The notes beneath the pieces are model-generated. The model worked only from the letters and a program-made list of their open reading frames with translations, was not told the DNA's origin and did not search any database. A program made the position numbers and the translations under genes. From IMG/VR virus record IMGVR_UViG_3300045988_167206, positions 108,686 to 172,685 of that record: DNA of 64,000 nucleotides, one strand, 5' to 3'. Shown here piece by piece: positions 1 through 9,601 of the stretch; positions within the stretch are counted from its first letter, which is position 1; the number at the start of each line of letters is the position of its first letter. This DNA is from a virus.

Positions 1-373
1 TGGAATCAGCATCGATATCTGCTGTTTCGCCAAGCTTAACAGTAGCATTTTTTTCTGTGTTCTGAGAAGCAGTAATAATTTTTGGCATATAGAGGTTGCC
101 ATCTGCACTTGTAACAGATCCCTCACCAGCAGCTGCTGCTGCGATATTAAGATTGATCATTGCGTTATTTGCAGTAAGCTCTCCAGATTTTGCTTTCCAG
201 AAACGTTTGATTAGAGTACCCTGATTGTCAACCGCATCTGTAGAATCAGCTGTGATGTTTACAGAAACATCCTGAAGCTGTGTCAAAACATATAATGGAG
301 TTCCACTTTTCTTTTCTTCAGCGAATGCATACTGTACTCTATCAACAATAATGTCACCTAAATTAAATCCCAT
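1..373 (-). CDS. virion structural protein, N-terminal ~124 codons (tail-tube/major-tail-like by position); gene runs off the left edge
   Basis: Open minus-strand frame from ATG at 371-373 (AAGGAGG about 9 nt upstream) to the window edge. Begins MGFNLGDIIVDRVQYAF. Lies downstream of the head/connector genes. Function is positional only. Confidence 0.45.
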   Translation of the reverse strand, partial: MGFNLGDIIVDRVQYAFAEEKKSGTPLYVLTQLQDVSVNITADSTDAVDNQGTLIKRFWKAKSGELTANNAMINLNIAAAAAGEGSVTSADGNLYMPKIITASQNTEKNATVKLGETADIDADS

Positions 374-427
374 TATGATTTTCCTCCTTTAGAATTTTTA
401 GAAATGTGTTAGAAATGTATAAAAAGA

Positions 428-1243
428 CTAATTCTTATGAGATAGATCTCTCATGAAATTAAAGTCATCTTTATTAATTTTGGATGCGTCAATAAATCCG
501 CTATAGATACCTTTAAGTAAGGCAGTAGAAGATTCATAAATTTGAAGTCTTTGTACACTGTCCATAAATTCGACAATGCCAACTTCTTTTAATTCATTTT
601 TTTTATACTTAAAACCGGGATGATTTAAACACGAAGAAATGAGTGGTAGAAGAGTAGACTTGTATTTATCATTTTTATGGAGTTCATAATTTTGACGATC
701 TTCCCAGATTATAGATTTTTTTGTCGCCTTACCTTTGGCTTTCTCAGTTTTTGGGAATATATTGAACATAGTTTTAAGATATAATGCCAGGGCTTGATAA
801 GTAGATTCATCAATTAGATAATCCTGATCATTATTATATAGAAAGAAGTACGGATCACCGTCTTCAGTTTTATCTTGATATAATTTAAATAATTGGAAAT
901 CCAAATCACCGAATAGCAATTTGGTTGAGTCTTGAGTTAACGTTGGAGCTAACATGCAGAATAGATTAAAATCAGAAAGTTTATTCCAGTCAATACCCAT
1001 ATTCCATAATTGTAATCTGTACATAGTTGGATTAGCAATTAAGGTATTCAGTCCAGAATATACTTTTTTTTCACCTTCATGAATAATGTCACCTATAGTG
1101 GGCTGAAAAATAGTAATATCATTTGCAGATTCAGAAGGAATACTGAATGGTTCTCCAAAATATAATTGAAGAGCATCAACTTCAAACTCTGAAGTTGTCA
1201 TATTTATTATTCCTTCCTGCATAAATACCATTTGGACATTCAA
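428..1243 (-). CDS. hypothetical virion-module protein
   Basis: ORF track, 271 aa. A more likely start is ATG 1201 (MTTSEFEV, GGAAGGA upstream). Ends in TAG. Confidence 0.65.
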   Translation of the reverse strand: MNVQMVFMQEGIINMTTSEFEVDALQLYFGEPFSIPSESANDITIFQPTIGDIIHEGEKKVYSGLNTLIANPTMYRLQLWNMGIDWNKLSDFNLFCMLAPTLTQDSTKLLFGDLDFQLFKLYQDKTEDGDPYFFLYNNDQDYLIDESTYQALALYLKTMFNIFPKTEKAKGKATKKSIIWEDRQNYELHKNDKYKSTLLPLISSCLNHPGFKYKKNELKEVGIVEFMDSVQRLQIYESSTALLKGIYSGFIDASKINKDDFNFMRDLSHKN

Positions 1244-1790
1244 TCTTAAATTTTAAAGTCCTGCAATAATAACGAGTGTCAACAATATCTCCAAAATCAG
1301 CGATACATTTAAGCTGCTTGCCAAAAGCATTGGTCCAACATAAAAGATCTTTTACGATATAACTTAATAAATCAGTTCTCATAATTTCATATTCTGTTTC
1401 TACATCGTCTTCATGCACCAGACACATAACTTCGATGATCTGATTTTTAATAGATTCATTTACGTATGATACGCTATCATCATTGATATCAAACATGATA
1501 AAATTTAAAACTTCCTTATTAATACCGTTTAACTTTAGCATAGGGATAATTTGTTTTTTATCAACTCGTTTATTGTATTCTAAAATAAGATTTCGTTCCT
1601 CCAGCTCTTGCTCTGTAGGATGTTCTTTATCCGCAAATTTATTTAAAGGCCGTTTATCCTTTTTCCCTAGTATTTCGTTTAAATCAGGATCTGCCTCAAA
1701 GATTTCTTGGAGTTTATTTTTTTTATAAATAATATCATTATTCTTTTTATCCTCAAGATCTCTTTTTATATTAAAAATATCTCTAATCAT
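1182..1790 (-). CDS. hypothetical virion-module protein (202 aa)
   Basis: ORF track 1182..1868, trimmed to ATG 1790 (MIRDIFNIK). That start is preceded by GGAGGTGG and overlaps the TAG stop of the upstream gene (ATGATTAG). Confidence 0.65.
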   Translation of the reverse strand: MIRDIFNIKRDLEDKKNNDIIYKKNKLQEIFEADPDLNEILGKKDKRPLNKFADKEHPTEQELEERNLILEYNKRVDKKQIIPMLKLNGINKEVLNFIMFDINDDSVSYVNESIKNQIIEVMCLVHEDDVETEYEIMRTDLLSYIVKDLLCWTNAFGKQLKCIADFGDIVDTRYYCRTLKFKIECPNGIYAGRNNKYDNFRV

Positions 1791-2997
1791 CGTCAACCAC
1801 CTCCAGTACAATTGATGACATATTATCACCATTATTATCTGTAGCAGAAAGAGTAAATCGTTTTCCAATTAAGCTCTTTGCTTTCCCTGGCTTAATCGAT
1901 ATAGACACATTATCTAACACAGTCATTTTCATTAACTTATTATAATAGGAAGTTTCTCTTTCAGAATACTCATTATTTTCATCAATAATATGTAAATTCC
2001 ATTCAGATGTCATATCCGAATAAGGGAGAGTGTACTCAAAATAAGAATTCTTTCCTATATATAATACTTGTCGTGATCTATCAATTAAAGGTTCTAATTC
2101 GCCATCATCATTTAATGTCATCCACTGAATATGTGAATTTGTCTTCATCATTTGAGGATGCTGAATAGTTTCTGTTTTTTGATCTCCGGATTCTGTGTAA
2201 TAATCACAGATACGTAGCTGAATGTTATCTGTTTTATTATTTAGCTCATCCTGTTTAATGGATAGTTTAATAATTCCAGATGGGTTTAAATCGATTATTT
2301 TTGTTACCTGATATACTTTCGGATCAAAAATATTATTTGTAAGCATAAAACGTTGTTCATGCATAATAGTTCTGGTATCTCCTAATTTTAAGGTATACAT
2401 ATCATTTCCGTATGCGTAATATAGATCAGGCACCCAAGCAGCAGTCAAATTATCAAGCGAAGAACTTAATTCATCGGTCCACTTACCAGAAGTGTAGGAA
2501 TTTGCTGATCTATTCGCACCCCAACAGGAATATAATTCATTTTTATAAATCCATTGAAATTTCCAATTACATTTTAAAATATTATATCTAACATAAGCGG
2601 CAGCGTCATCTCTACCAACAATGAACCATAATTGTGTTATTCGTTCATTTGGAAGAGAGAATGGATTATCAAGTTCGTGCCCGGATATATTAATATCAAA
2701 GTCAGTATCATCAGGAACAAACACATAGCTTCCAATTGGATAATGAACTTTAGGCCGAAATTGTAAATAATAATCCACTGCGTCTTTAAGAATAGATAGT
2801 TTGGAATGACGTTGATATTTAGCATCTTCCCATTTCCATCCATCGCGAGTTAATATGTAAACTCTTTTATATTGTGCATCAGCAGTAAAAGTAGAATTTA
2901 TTATCATATCAGATTGAGTTCTTTTTATTTGTGCTAAATTACCGCCTTGTGATGCCAAGTGACTTTTATACATATCAGCAGTAATCATTAAACTCAA
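1783..2997 (-). CDS. hypothetical virion protein (404 aa)
   Basis: Long ORF in the structural module. No motif recognised. Ends in TAG. Confidence 0.75.
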   Translation of the reverse strand: MSLMITADMYKSHLASQGGNLAQIKRTQSDMIINSTFTADAQYKRVYILTRDGWKWEDAKYQRHSKLSILKDAVDYYLQFRPKVHYPIGSYVFVPDDTDFDINISGHELDNPFSLPNERITQLWFIVGRDDAAAYVRYNILKCNWKFQWIYKNELYSCWGANRSANSYTSGKWTDELSSSLDNLTAAWVPDLYYAYGNDMYTLKLGDTRTIMHEQRFMLTNNIFDPKVYQVTKIIDLNPSGIIKLSIKQDELNNKTDNIQLRICDYYTESGDQKTETIQHPQMMKTNSHIQWMTLNDDGELEPLIDRSRQVLYIGKNSYFEYTLPYSDMTSEWNLHIIDENNEYSERETSYYNKLMKMTVLDNVSISIKPGKAKSLIGKRFTLSATDNNGDNMSSIVLEVVDDD

Positions 2998-3326
2998 CTC
3001 CTTGAATTGATTTTATCTACTTCATGATGAGCGTCTAATATTAATTTTCTGTATGATTGATAGTCAAAATCCTCGTCTTGATGAGCTTCATCCCAGGCCG
3101 CTTGTAATAGGCTCATAATAGTAATGATTTCAACAGGATAATCAAGTATTTTATTAAGACCATCAATACGTAACATCAAATTAATAAAATATTTGTCAAA
3201 GTCAACATTAAATTCATCTTTTGTTTTTGGGTCTTTATATAAGAGCAACCAAAACAAATCTTTGTGCAATTTTACTTTATAGTCTTCGAATTGTTTGTCA
3301 TCAAAATGTCCATATATTGTTTTCAT
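2994..3326 (-). CDS. hypothetical protein (head-tail connector-size)
   Basis: 110-aa ORF with start/stop overlap to its neighbours, typical of head-completion genes. Call is positional only. Confidence 0.6.
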   Translation of the reverse strand: MKTIYGHFDDKQFEDYKVKLHKDLFWLLLYKDPKTKDEFNVDFDKYFINLMLRIDGLNKILDYPVEIITIMSLLQAAWDEAHQDEDFDYQSYRKLILDAHHEVDKINSRS

Positions 3327-3790
3327 TATGATTCACCATCCAAATAACTATTCCAAATATAACCTCTGTCTCTTATAAGGTTTCGCTGTTCTCTGACAAG
3401 ACTATCTCTTAAGTCTTTTAATGTGCTTAGATGAGCAGCCTGTGAAAAGAATTTTTCTTCAGATGATCCAAAAATCTGTGATATATTATTCAGATTATTA
3501 ATTTTAGGAGTGATCCATTCAATGACCAATCCAATGCCAACTACATCAGTAATTAGTTCTTTATCAAAATCATCATCTACTGAATATTTCATAGTGTAAT
3601 CAAATTGCTGAATTTCATCATGAAATTTGGTACTGGTAAATAATCTGTAAATATACGGTTTATGAATAGCCGAATGCATCCAATCGCACAAAAATACATT
3701 CAGATCGTCATCTCTTAAGTCTAAAAGATCATATGCAGAGGCTTTTAAACGAAACTTAGAATAAATTTCTTCATAATTTAATGAAGGCAT
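3326..3790 (-). CDS. hypothetical protein (head-tail connector-size)
   Basis: 154-aa ORF, abutting its neighbours, downstream of the capsid gene. Confidence 0.65.
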   Translation of the reverse strand: MPSLNYEEIYSKFRLKASAYDLLDLRDDDLNVFLCDWMHSAIHKPYIYRLFTSTKFHDEIQQFDYTMKYSVDDDFDKELITDVVGIGLVIEWITPKINNLNNISQIFGSSEEKFFSQAAHLSTLKDLRDSLVREQRNLIRDRGYIWNSYLDGES

Positions 3791-3808
3791 AAAACACCTC
3801 CAAACAAA

Positions 3809-4381
3809 TTAATTAAACAATCCAGTCATAACAGTCATGTCTGTATCAAAGATTTCATCAAGAATTTTGATTTTCTTGACACTATCAAGTCTTCCATCGC
3901 TTACCATTTTTGAGGCGAGATGACTAATAGAAGTCTGAGCACCTTCAGGAAGTGAGAGAATAGTAGCTTTCATACTTGCTGGATCAAGATCAAGAATTAC
4001 ATCTTCAAGCTCACCAACAGAATAAAGAGATTCATAAAGCTTTTTAATCTGTGGATAGTGTTCAATCATCTCAGAATCTTCAATTACAAAAAGAGGACGC
4101 ATAATATATCCATTGTGAGAACGAATAGCAGCAAGTAAATCCTGATACTCAACTTCAACAACATCACCGGCATCAACCCATTCGTAAAGAATGCTTGATT
4201 TAAGACCTGACATATAAAGTCCACCCTGTGTAATGGATTTACATGGAATTCCATCAGTAGGAGAGTAAACCTTCTCAACTTTCTTTTCTTCTTTAATGCT
4301 TTCTTTTTCTACAGTAACATTATCTGTATTAACTGGTTCTGTTTTGGTATTTACATTTTTGGTTTTCATAGCGGTAGCCAT
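3809..4381 (-). CDS. hypothetical virion-module protein
   Basis: 190-aa ORF with a GGAGAA-type SD upstream. Located between the capsid gene and the connector-size genes. Confidence 0.65.
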   Translation of the reverse strand: MATAMKTKNVNTKTEPVNTDNVTVEKESIKEEKKVEKVYSPTDGIPCKSITQGGLYMSGLKSSILYEWVDAGDVVEVEYQDLLAAIRSHNGYIMRPLFVIEDSEMIEHYPQIKKLYESLYSVGELEDVILDLDPASMKATILSLPEGAQTSISHLASKMVSDGRLDSVKKIKILDEIFDTDMTVMTGLFN

Positions 4382-4403
4382 TTTATTTTCTCCTTTTATT
4401 CAA

Positions 4404-4433
4404 ATGCGGTATACCAATAAAGATATACCGCAT
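4404..4433 (-). terminator. hairpin after capsid gene (terminator-like)
   Basis: ATGCGGTATA...TATACCGCAT stem just downstream of the 4475 stop. The T tract is weak. Confidence 0.4.
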
Positions 4434-4474
4434 ATTCTATATAAGTTAATCAAAACTAACTAAATGGCCTAAAA

Positions 4475-5611
4475 TTAGGCGATTGTCCATTCTCCGAAGT
4501 AGCGTCCAAGCTGACATCCAACACCCATAGCTCTCTGTACTTCGTATTTCATCGTATCATCCATACGTGCAGCTTTCTCTGTTACTTCAGTAATTTCTGT
4601 TTCACCAACATCAACAAATTTGATAAATTTATCTTCAACCTGTGGCATGAAGAATAATTTCTTTGGATCCAGAAGTTTCTTTGAAGTATCGTTCAGAGCG
4701 AATCTCTGAGGAAGTTCAAATAAAGTATACGGTCCATAATAACCAAGTCTTCCCATTGTAGCCATATCTCTTTTCTGATCATCTGAAATCCAATTAATAT
4801 CAATCAGATTAGAGAACTGCTGAAGACCTGTTCTGGTTCCCATAATTACAACCTGTGCTCCATCATTAGCCATAGATACATCTTCAAGAAGAGTATCAAT
4901 TTTATCTTTCATATCTTTAGTGATAGCACCTGTTCCACGGAACTGAGCCGGGAGTTTCTTTCCAGCATTCATCATTTCAGCAAAAATATCATTCTGAATT
5001 TTTCTTACGAAAGCAGCGGCGCACTGATCGGTAAGTTTTGCCCAATCATATCTTCCTGCAAGATATAAATCAATATCAGCACCAACAGCAATACCATAAA
5101 CAGATGTGGTTACTGTATAGCTTTCTCCAGAACCAAGTCTCTGGAGTGTAAAATCATGATGATCACCCGAAATTTTAGTAACTGACAGGATAACTTTATC
5201 ATCTGTCCAGAATTCCTGAGAATCACCACGAGCAAGGTTTCTCTGTTCTACGTAATTATTAAAGAATTCAGATTCTTTAAAACCTGTCTCAACCTTAATA
5301 TCAATTTCTTCTTCCATAACTTCAAACAGTTCCATACCATGTCTCTTCATAGCACGATCTCTTTGACGTTTAGTAGATTTTTCATCTAATCCCATAATAG
5401 CAAATACAAATTTACGAACTGCATTTTCAGCATCTTTCTTAGGAATTCTATTTCCTTCTTCATCAAAAATCTCATTCGGATTATGATTTAACTCATATGT
5501 AAGTCTTTTGAATCCTTCAAAATTTTCCTCTGGTGTTACACCATCTTCGCATAAATCTGTAAATACTTTCTTTGTATGTTCACTTAAATCATTAAAACAA
5601 ATTTTATTCAT
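4475..5611 (-). CDS. putative major capsid protein
   Basis: 378 aa. Gene order large terminase, portal, scaffold-like, small accessory, this gene mirrors lambda-type head modules. Followed by a hairpin. No motif-level proof. Confidence 0.6.
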   Translation of the reverse strand: MNKICFNDLSEHTKKVFTDLCEDGVTPEENFEGFKRLTYELNHNPNEIFDEEGNRIPKKDAENAVRKFVFAIMGLDEKSTKRQRDRAMKRHGMELFEVMEEEIDIKVETGFKESEFFNNYVEQRNLARGDSQEFWTDDKVILSVTKISGDHHDFTLQRLGSGESYTVTTSVYGIAVGADIDLYLAGRYDWAKLTDQCAAAFVRKIQNDIFAEMMNAGKKLPAQFRGTGAITKDMKDKIDTLLEDVSMANDGAQVVIMGTRTGLQQFSNLIDINWISDDQKRDMATMGRLGYYGPYTLFELPQRFALNDTSKKLLDPKKLFFMPQVEDKFIKFVDVGETEITEVTEKAARMDDTMKYEVQRAMGVGCQLGRYFGEWTIA

Positions 5612-5629
5612 TATTTATTCACCCCTTCC

Positions 5630-6094
5630 TTATTCGCTAATCTTTAGCTTTCTATTTTCACAAGTTACAGTTTTTTCGGCTTCAGGAGTACCGGTAAATC
5701 CTTCTGCGGATACTTCGAAAACATCACCTGTATGAAGAGCATATCCACGAACAGTATCACCTTTTGCATTATAGAAATTTGATTCTTTTTTCCATGTGTT
5801 TGTCCAATCTTCAGCAATAAATGCCTGCATATAAACAAACAGAGCATCTCCTGGCTCAACAACCTCTACGTACCAATTTCCATTTGCAGCCTGCTTCTGA
5901 ATTTTTCCTTCAAATTCAGTTACGGTTCCTTCCTCGTATAAATCAAGATCAAGGAATTTTCCTTTAGCAACTAACTGACCATTATCTGTATCATTTTTTA
6001 GCTCAATATTATAAATGTGCTCTCCACCCTGCTGTGCAACAAGCTTAGATGGAAACGCAATAGCATGTTTTTCAATTGCATATTTAATAGCCAT
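5630..6094 (-). CDS. putative head accessory/decoration protein
   Basis: 154-aa ORF directly upstream of the capsid candidate. Positional inference only. Confidence 0.45.
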   Translation of the reverse strand: MAIKYAIEKHAIAFPSKLVAQQGGEHIYNIELKNDTDNGQLVAKGKFLDLDLYEEGTVTEFEGKIQKQAANGNWYVEVVEPGDALFVYMQAFIAEDWTNTWKKESNFYNAKGDTVRGYALHTGDVFEVSAEGFTGTPEAEKTVTCENRKLKISE

Positions 6095-6123
6095 TTTTTT
6101 TAGCTCCTTTCATATTTTTAGGC

Positions 6124-6152
6124 ATAAAAATAAGATCAGAATTTCTGATCTT
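6124..6152 (-). terminator. rho-independent terminator-like hairpin between scaffold-like and accessory genes
   Basis: AAGATCAG-aattt-CTGATCTT stem followed on the minus strand by ATTTTTAT. Confidence 0.5.
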
Positions 6153-6200
6153 AAATAAAGTTAAATAAAACTAACTCAACAATATAAAAATTACTTATTT

Positions 6201-7751
6201 TTATTTGACAGAAAATAAAGAACCGAATTTATTCTTTTTCTGTGTAGATTTAACATTTGCAAGACCAACTTTTGCAGCTGGTTTCTTTGTATTAACTGGT
6301 TCTTCAATTGCAGAAAAGTTAAGTTTTCCAGCTTTTGCGTAAGACAAAAGAATACCATCTAATTTTTCTTTTAACTCATCTACTGTAAATTCCTTATGAT
6401 CGTTCATAAGAGTAGTGAATTCTTCAGTCTCTTTGATTCCTTTATAGTCATCTATTGCAAATAAAGCATCCTTATTTGCATCTTCCTCAGCCTTTTCGTA
6501 TTTCTGCAGTTTCTCAGAAATAGCAGCATAATTTGAACGCATACTCTGAAGTTCAGAATACTCAGAATCCGTTAAAAGTTCACGATGAAGATTATATCTT
6601 TCACCATCAAAAGCAACATTATCACCATCTTTTGTATAGTTCTGTCCGTAGATTTTATCTCCATCCCAATTTTCATATGTAAAATGAGAGTCATATACTG
6701 AATTAATAAAATACCATTCATTATCAGCTTCTTCATAAGAATCAAGAAGAGTATAAAGCGCATAACGAATATCACTATGAGATAACTCAAAAGATTTTAC
6801 AAAATTCTCTGGTTCCTGTTCTGGATTATTTTCTTCGAATGCTTTAGCAAAAGCAGATTCCAGTTCTTCATCTGATAGATCTTTATATTCAAATGTAACA
6901 TCTTCTACGGTTTTACCGTATTTCTGTAAAAGTTCTTCAAATTTATTCACCTGATTCTCCTCCTTTCCTTCAGCATTATTTATATTGAAATTAGAGAGAG
7001 TAGTGTTAATTTTCTCTAATGTTTCAACCAATTTAGAATTAATATCAAAATCTACATACATAGAATTTTTCTTAGAATCAAAATCAGCAAGCTGAACATT
7101 ACTTCCGGCCATACCTGGTCCAACATTTTCATTAAGAAGAGTAAGCCCACCTACATAATAATCATCAAGGTTTAATACTTTATCTTTGGCATTAAATGAC
7201 AACTCGCGAATACTTAATTCAACACTACAATCAACTTTTTCTCTTCGTTCCATAATATCGACAGCATCCTGGCAATATCCTTCCCAAAGATAACCTTGAA
7301 TCATAGCTCTGTTTACACCGGCTTCTTTATCATATTCAATACTATAATCTTTCTTAATTACACCAACTGGACGTTCCTGATAGATAAATGTTTCATTTCC
7401 GTCTTCATCTGTCTCGACAGTAAAATCATGGGATCCGAAATCTTTGTTTCCGTCAGCATTTTCAATAATGTTAGCCAAGATTGGTCTATATGGAATCGAT
7501 TGAGTATTTTCCTCAAAGACATCTTCATTAATATTAGATTTATTTAAATTTACATGATCGTGATAGGCAGCTGCGACAAATGGCTTTAAGCCTTCTGTAT
7601 GCTTATTATCATCAGATTCTCCAAATGTAGCTACGGCAGGCATCTGAACACAAATTTCTGCGTTTGATTCTTTACTGCTAAATTTTGCAAAATTATTTTG
7701 TATACAAAATTCAATTAAATCGTCAATAGTTAAATATTTCTTTTTAATCAT
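6201..7751 (-). CDS. putative scaffolding protein (possibly protease-scaffold fusion)
   Basis: 516 aa, located between the portal and capsid genes. The C-terminal half is acidic and coiled-coil-like (EELESAFAKAFEENNPEQEPE). No catalytic motif was confirmed. Confidence 0.45.
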   Translation of the reverse strand: MIKKKYLTIDDLIEFCIQNNFAKFSSKESNAEICVQMPAVATFGESDDNKHTEGLKPFVAAAYHDHVNLNKSNINEDVFEENTQSIPYRPILANIIENADGNKDFGSHDFTVETDEDGNETFIYQERPVGVIKKDYSIEYDKEAGVNRAMIQGYLWEGYCQDAVDIMERREKVDCSVELSIRELSFNAKDKVLNLDDYYVGGLTLLNENVGPGMAGSNVQLADFDSKKNSMYVDFDINSKLVETLEKINTTLSNFNINNAEGKEENQVNKFEELLQKYGKTVEDVTFEYKDLSDEELESAFAKAFEENNPEQEPENFVKSFELSHSDIRYALYTLLDSYEEADNEWYFINSVYDSHFTYENWDGDKIYGQNYTKDGDNVAFDGERYNLHRELLTDSEYSELQSMRSNYAAISEKLQKYEKAEEDANKDALFAIDDYKGIKETEEFTTLMNDHKEFTVDELKEKLDGILLSYAKAGKLNFSAIEEPVNTKKPAAKVGLANVKSTQKKNKFGSLFSVK

Positions 7752-7770
7752 AGTTCCTCCTTTCTTTGAG

Positions 7771-7800
7771 TATAAAAATACTCCTCAAATAGAAGAGGAG
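7771..7800 (-). terminator. terminator-like hairpin
   Basis: CTCCTC-aaatagaa-GAGGAG stem followed on the minus strand by TATTTTTAT. Confidence 0.4.
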
Positions 7801-7803
7801 TGA

Positions 7804-7992
7804 TTAAATACATAAAGTATTTGTATATACAAGGCCACTTAAATTATTAAATAGCATCTTGGCATCATTTAAAAAAATCCATTGATCTCCATCTTGTTTT
7901 AATAATTTAAAACCAGTTTTTAATAAGAGATCTGCGGATTCATCATTTTTAGTAATTATAAATTTTGATTCATTATTTATCATATAATTCAT
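7804..7992 (-). CDS. hypothetical small protein
   Basis: 62-aa ORF between the portal and scaffold-like genes. Confidence 0.45.
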   Translation of the reverse strand: MNYMINNESKFIITKNDESADLLLKTGFKLLKQDGDQWIFLNDAKMLFNNLSGLVYTNTLCI

Positions 7993-7997
7993 CCATC

Positions 7998-9581
7998 CTA
8001 ATTTTTCTTATCTTGTTTATCTCTACTTGCTTCGCCATCGTCAGTAATACTCGAATCATCTTTTGTAGGTGCACCTCCAGTATCTGAAGAGCCAGACTGA
8101 GTATATGATGTTTGAAGAGGAACTAAAAGTCCTGATAGTCTAAGAACTTGCTCTTCTAAGAAATTAAGTGCAAGAGTATCTTTTTCAGAAAATTGATTTA
8201 AAGTATTATAAGCCAATTTTGTCGGAAGTCCGTTTTGTGCACCAACCAATAATTCTTGTTTGAATTCACCTTTTGTGTAGGCACTCACTTCAAAAAATTT
8301 AACTTTGGCAGGAGTGGATACCCAATATGTTAAAAAGCGATTGACCCATCCCTGGGTCTCCGGCAATAACATTGAAATTGCCATTTCTGTATCAGCTTTT
8401 ACCGCAGCTGAAAATGCTGTGGTTCCAGAAATGCTTGCACTGTTTAATATTTGTGCACCACCAGAACTATTAAATAAAGTTTCTGTGGATTTTGCTATTT
8501 TATTTGTATCGGTAGCTTTGTCGTTATTAAATGAAATTTGATCAAGTTTACCAGGAATAATGGCAGCGGAAGTATATTCAGGTAAAGCCTCGCTGATCAT
8601 CCTATTAAAGTACTCAATAACAATATCTGGTGTAATTTTCCAATCATCAACGTTATCACTGCCAGTAATCGTTTCAAGCTCTAACCAAATCATTTTGTAA
8701 ATGTCTTGCTGATCTGCAATTGCCTGTAAATCATCAAGATCAATAAGATTAATAATTCCAGAAAGTAATCCAGAAAATGGAGGAACAACAGTTTCCCAAT
8801 CTTCAGCTCTGGCTTTTAAGCATACCGCATATTCATCTGGCATAGGTTGCCATTTTCCATTTGTTGTATCGTTTTCATATGCGCGATACATTGATTGGAA
8901 TGGTTCTCCCCATAATTCAAGGACAGTCTGCCTTGATCTAAAATAACTCATATCCATTGAGAAAGCATAATCTCCAGTATTATAAGCTCCGGAAATTTTA
9001 CAATAATCAGGATCAAGTGGGAGAATAAATAATCCTTGATCCTCATCATAAAATGCACATCCATAAAATACATCTTCACGGAAGCATACCATATAAGCTT
9101 TTAACATTTCATATTGAAGATGCATCTTATCAAGAATATTAAGTGTATCCTGGTAAGATGATAACATAGCATTGGCATCGCCACCATTTACTAAATCATA
9201 ATCTGGGATAACTGAACGAGCGTCCAAACAGAACATATTTGCATTATAAGCAATCAATCTGTAATAAGCATGACATCTATAATACAAATACCTAGAAAGA
9301 TTTCGAAGGTTCTTTTCATTTGAACCGATATTTTTAAGATAAGTTCTGAGACTATCCTTACTGAATGCAGTAATAGTAGTAGTGCTTGTCTTAGTAACAT
9401 CTCTAAGTCCTCGTGCACCCTCCATTGCAGCAGCATAATTTTCAATATCTCTATGATTTTTTGAGTACCAATCTTTAATTTCAGCAATTGAACTTTGCTG
9501 AGTAGGTGCCGGGTCCAACTTTTTAGCTGTTGGAACCTTGCTATTAGCACTAATTCGTCTTCTTTTCATTCTTTGTGCCAA
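7998..9581 (-). CDS. putative portal protein
   Basis: 527 aa, immediately downstream of the large terminase, with an acidic C-terminal tail. Ends in TAG. Call rests on position and size. Confidence 0.7.
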   Translation of the reverse strand: MAQRMKRRRISANSKVPTAKKLDPAPTQQSSIAEIKDWYSKNHRDIENYAAAMEGARGLRDVTKTSTTTITAFSKDSLRTYLKNIGSNEKNLRNLSRYLYYRCHAYYRLIAYNANMFCLDARSVIPDYDLVNGGDANAMLSSYQDTLNILDKMHLQYEMLKAYMVCFREDVFYGCAFYDEDQGLFILPLDPDYCKISGAYNTGDYAFSMDMSYFRSRQTVLELWGEPFQSMYRAYENDTTNGKWQPMPDEYAVCLKARAEDWETVVPPFSGLLSGIINLIDLDDLQAIADQQDIYKMIWLELETITGSDNVDDWKITPDIVIEYFNRMISEALPEYTSAAIIPGKLDQISFNNDKATDTNKIAKSTETLFNSSGGAQILNSASISGTTAFSAAVKADTEMAISMLLPETQGWVNRFLTYWVSTPAKVKFFEVSAYTKGEFKQELLVGAQNGLPTKLAYNTLNQFSEKDTLALNFLEEQVLRLSGLLVPLQTSYTQSGSSDTGGAPTKDDSSITDDGEASRDKQDKKN

Positions 9582-9601
9582 AGATTCAGCACCTCCTTCG
9601 T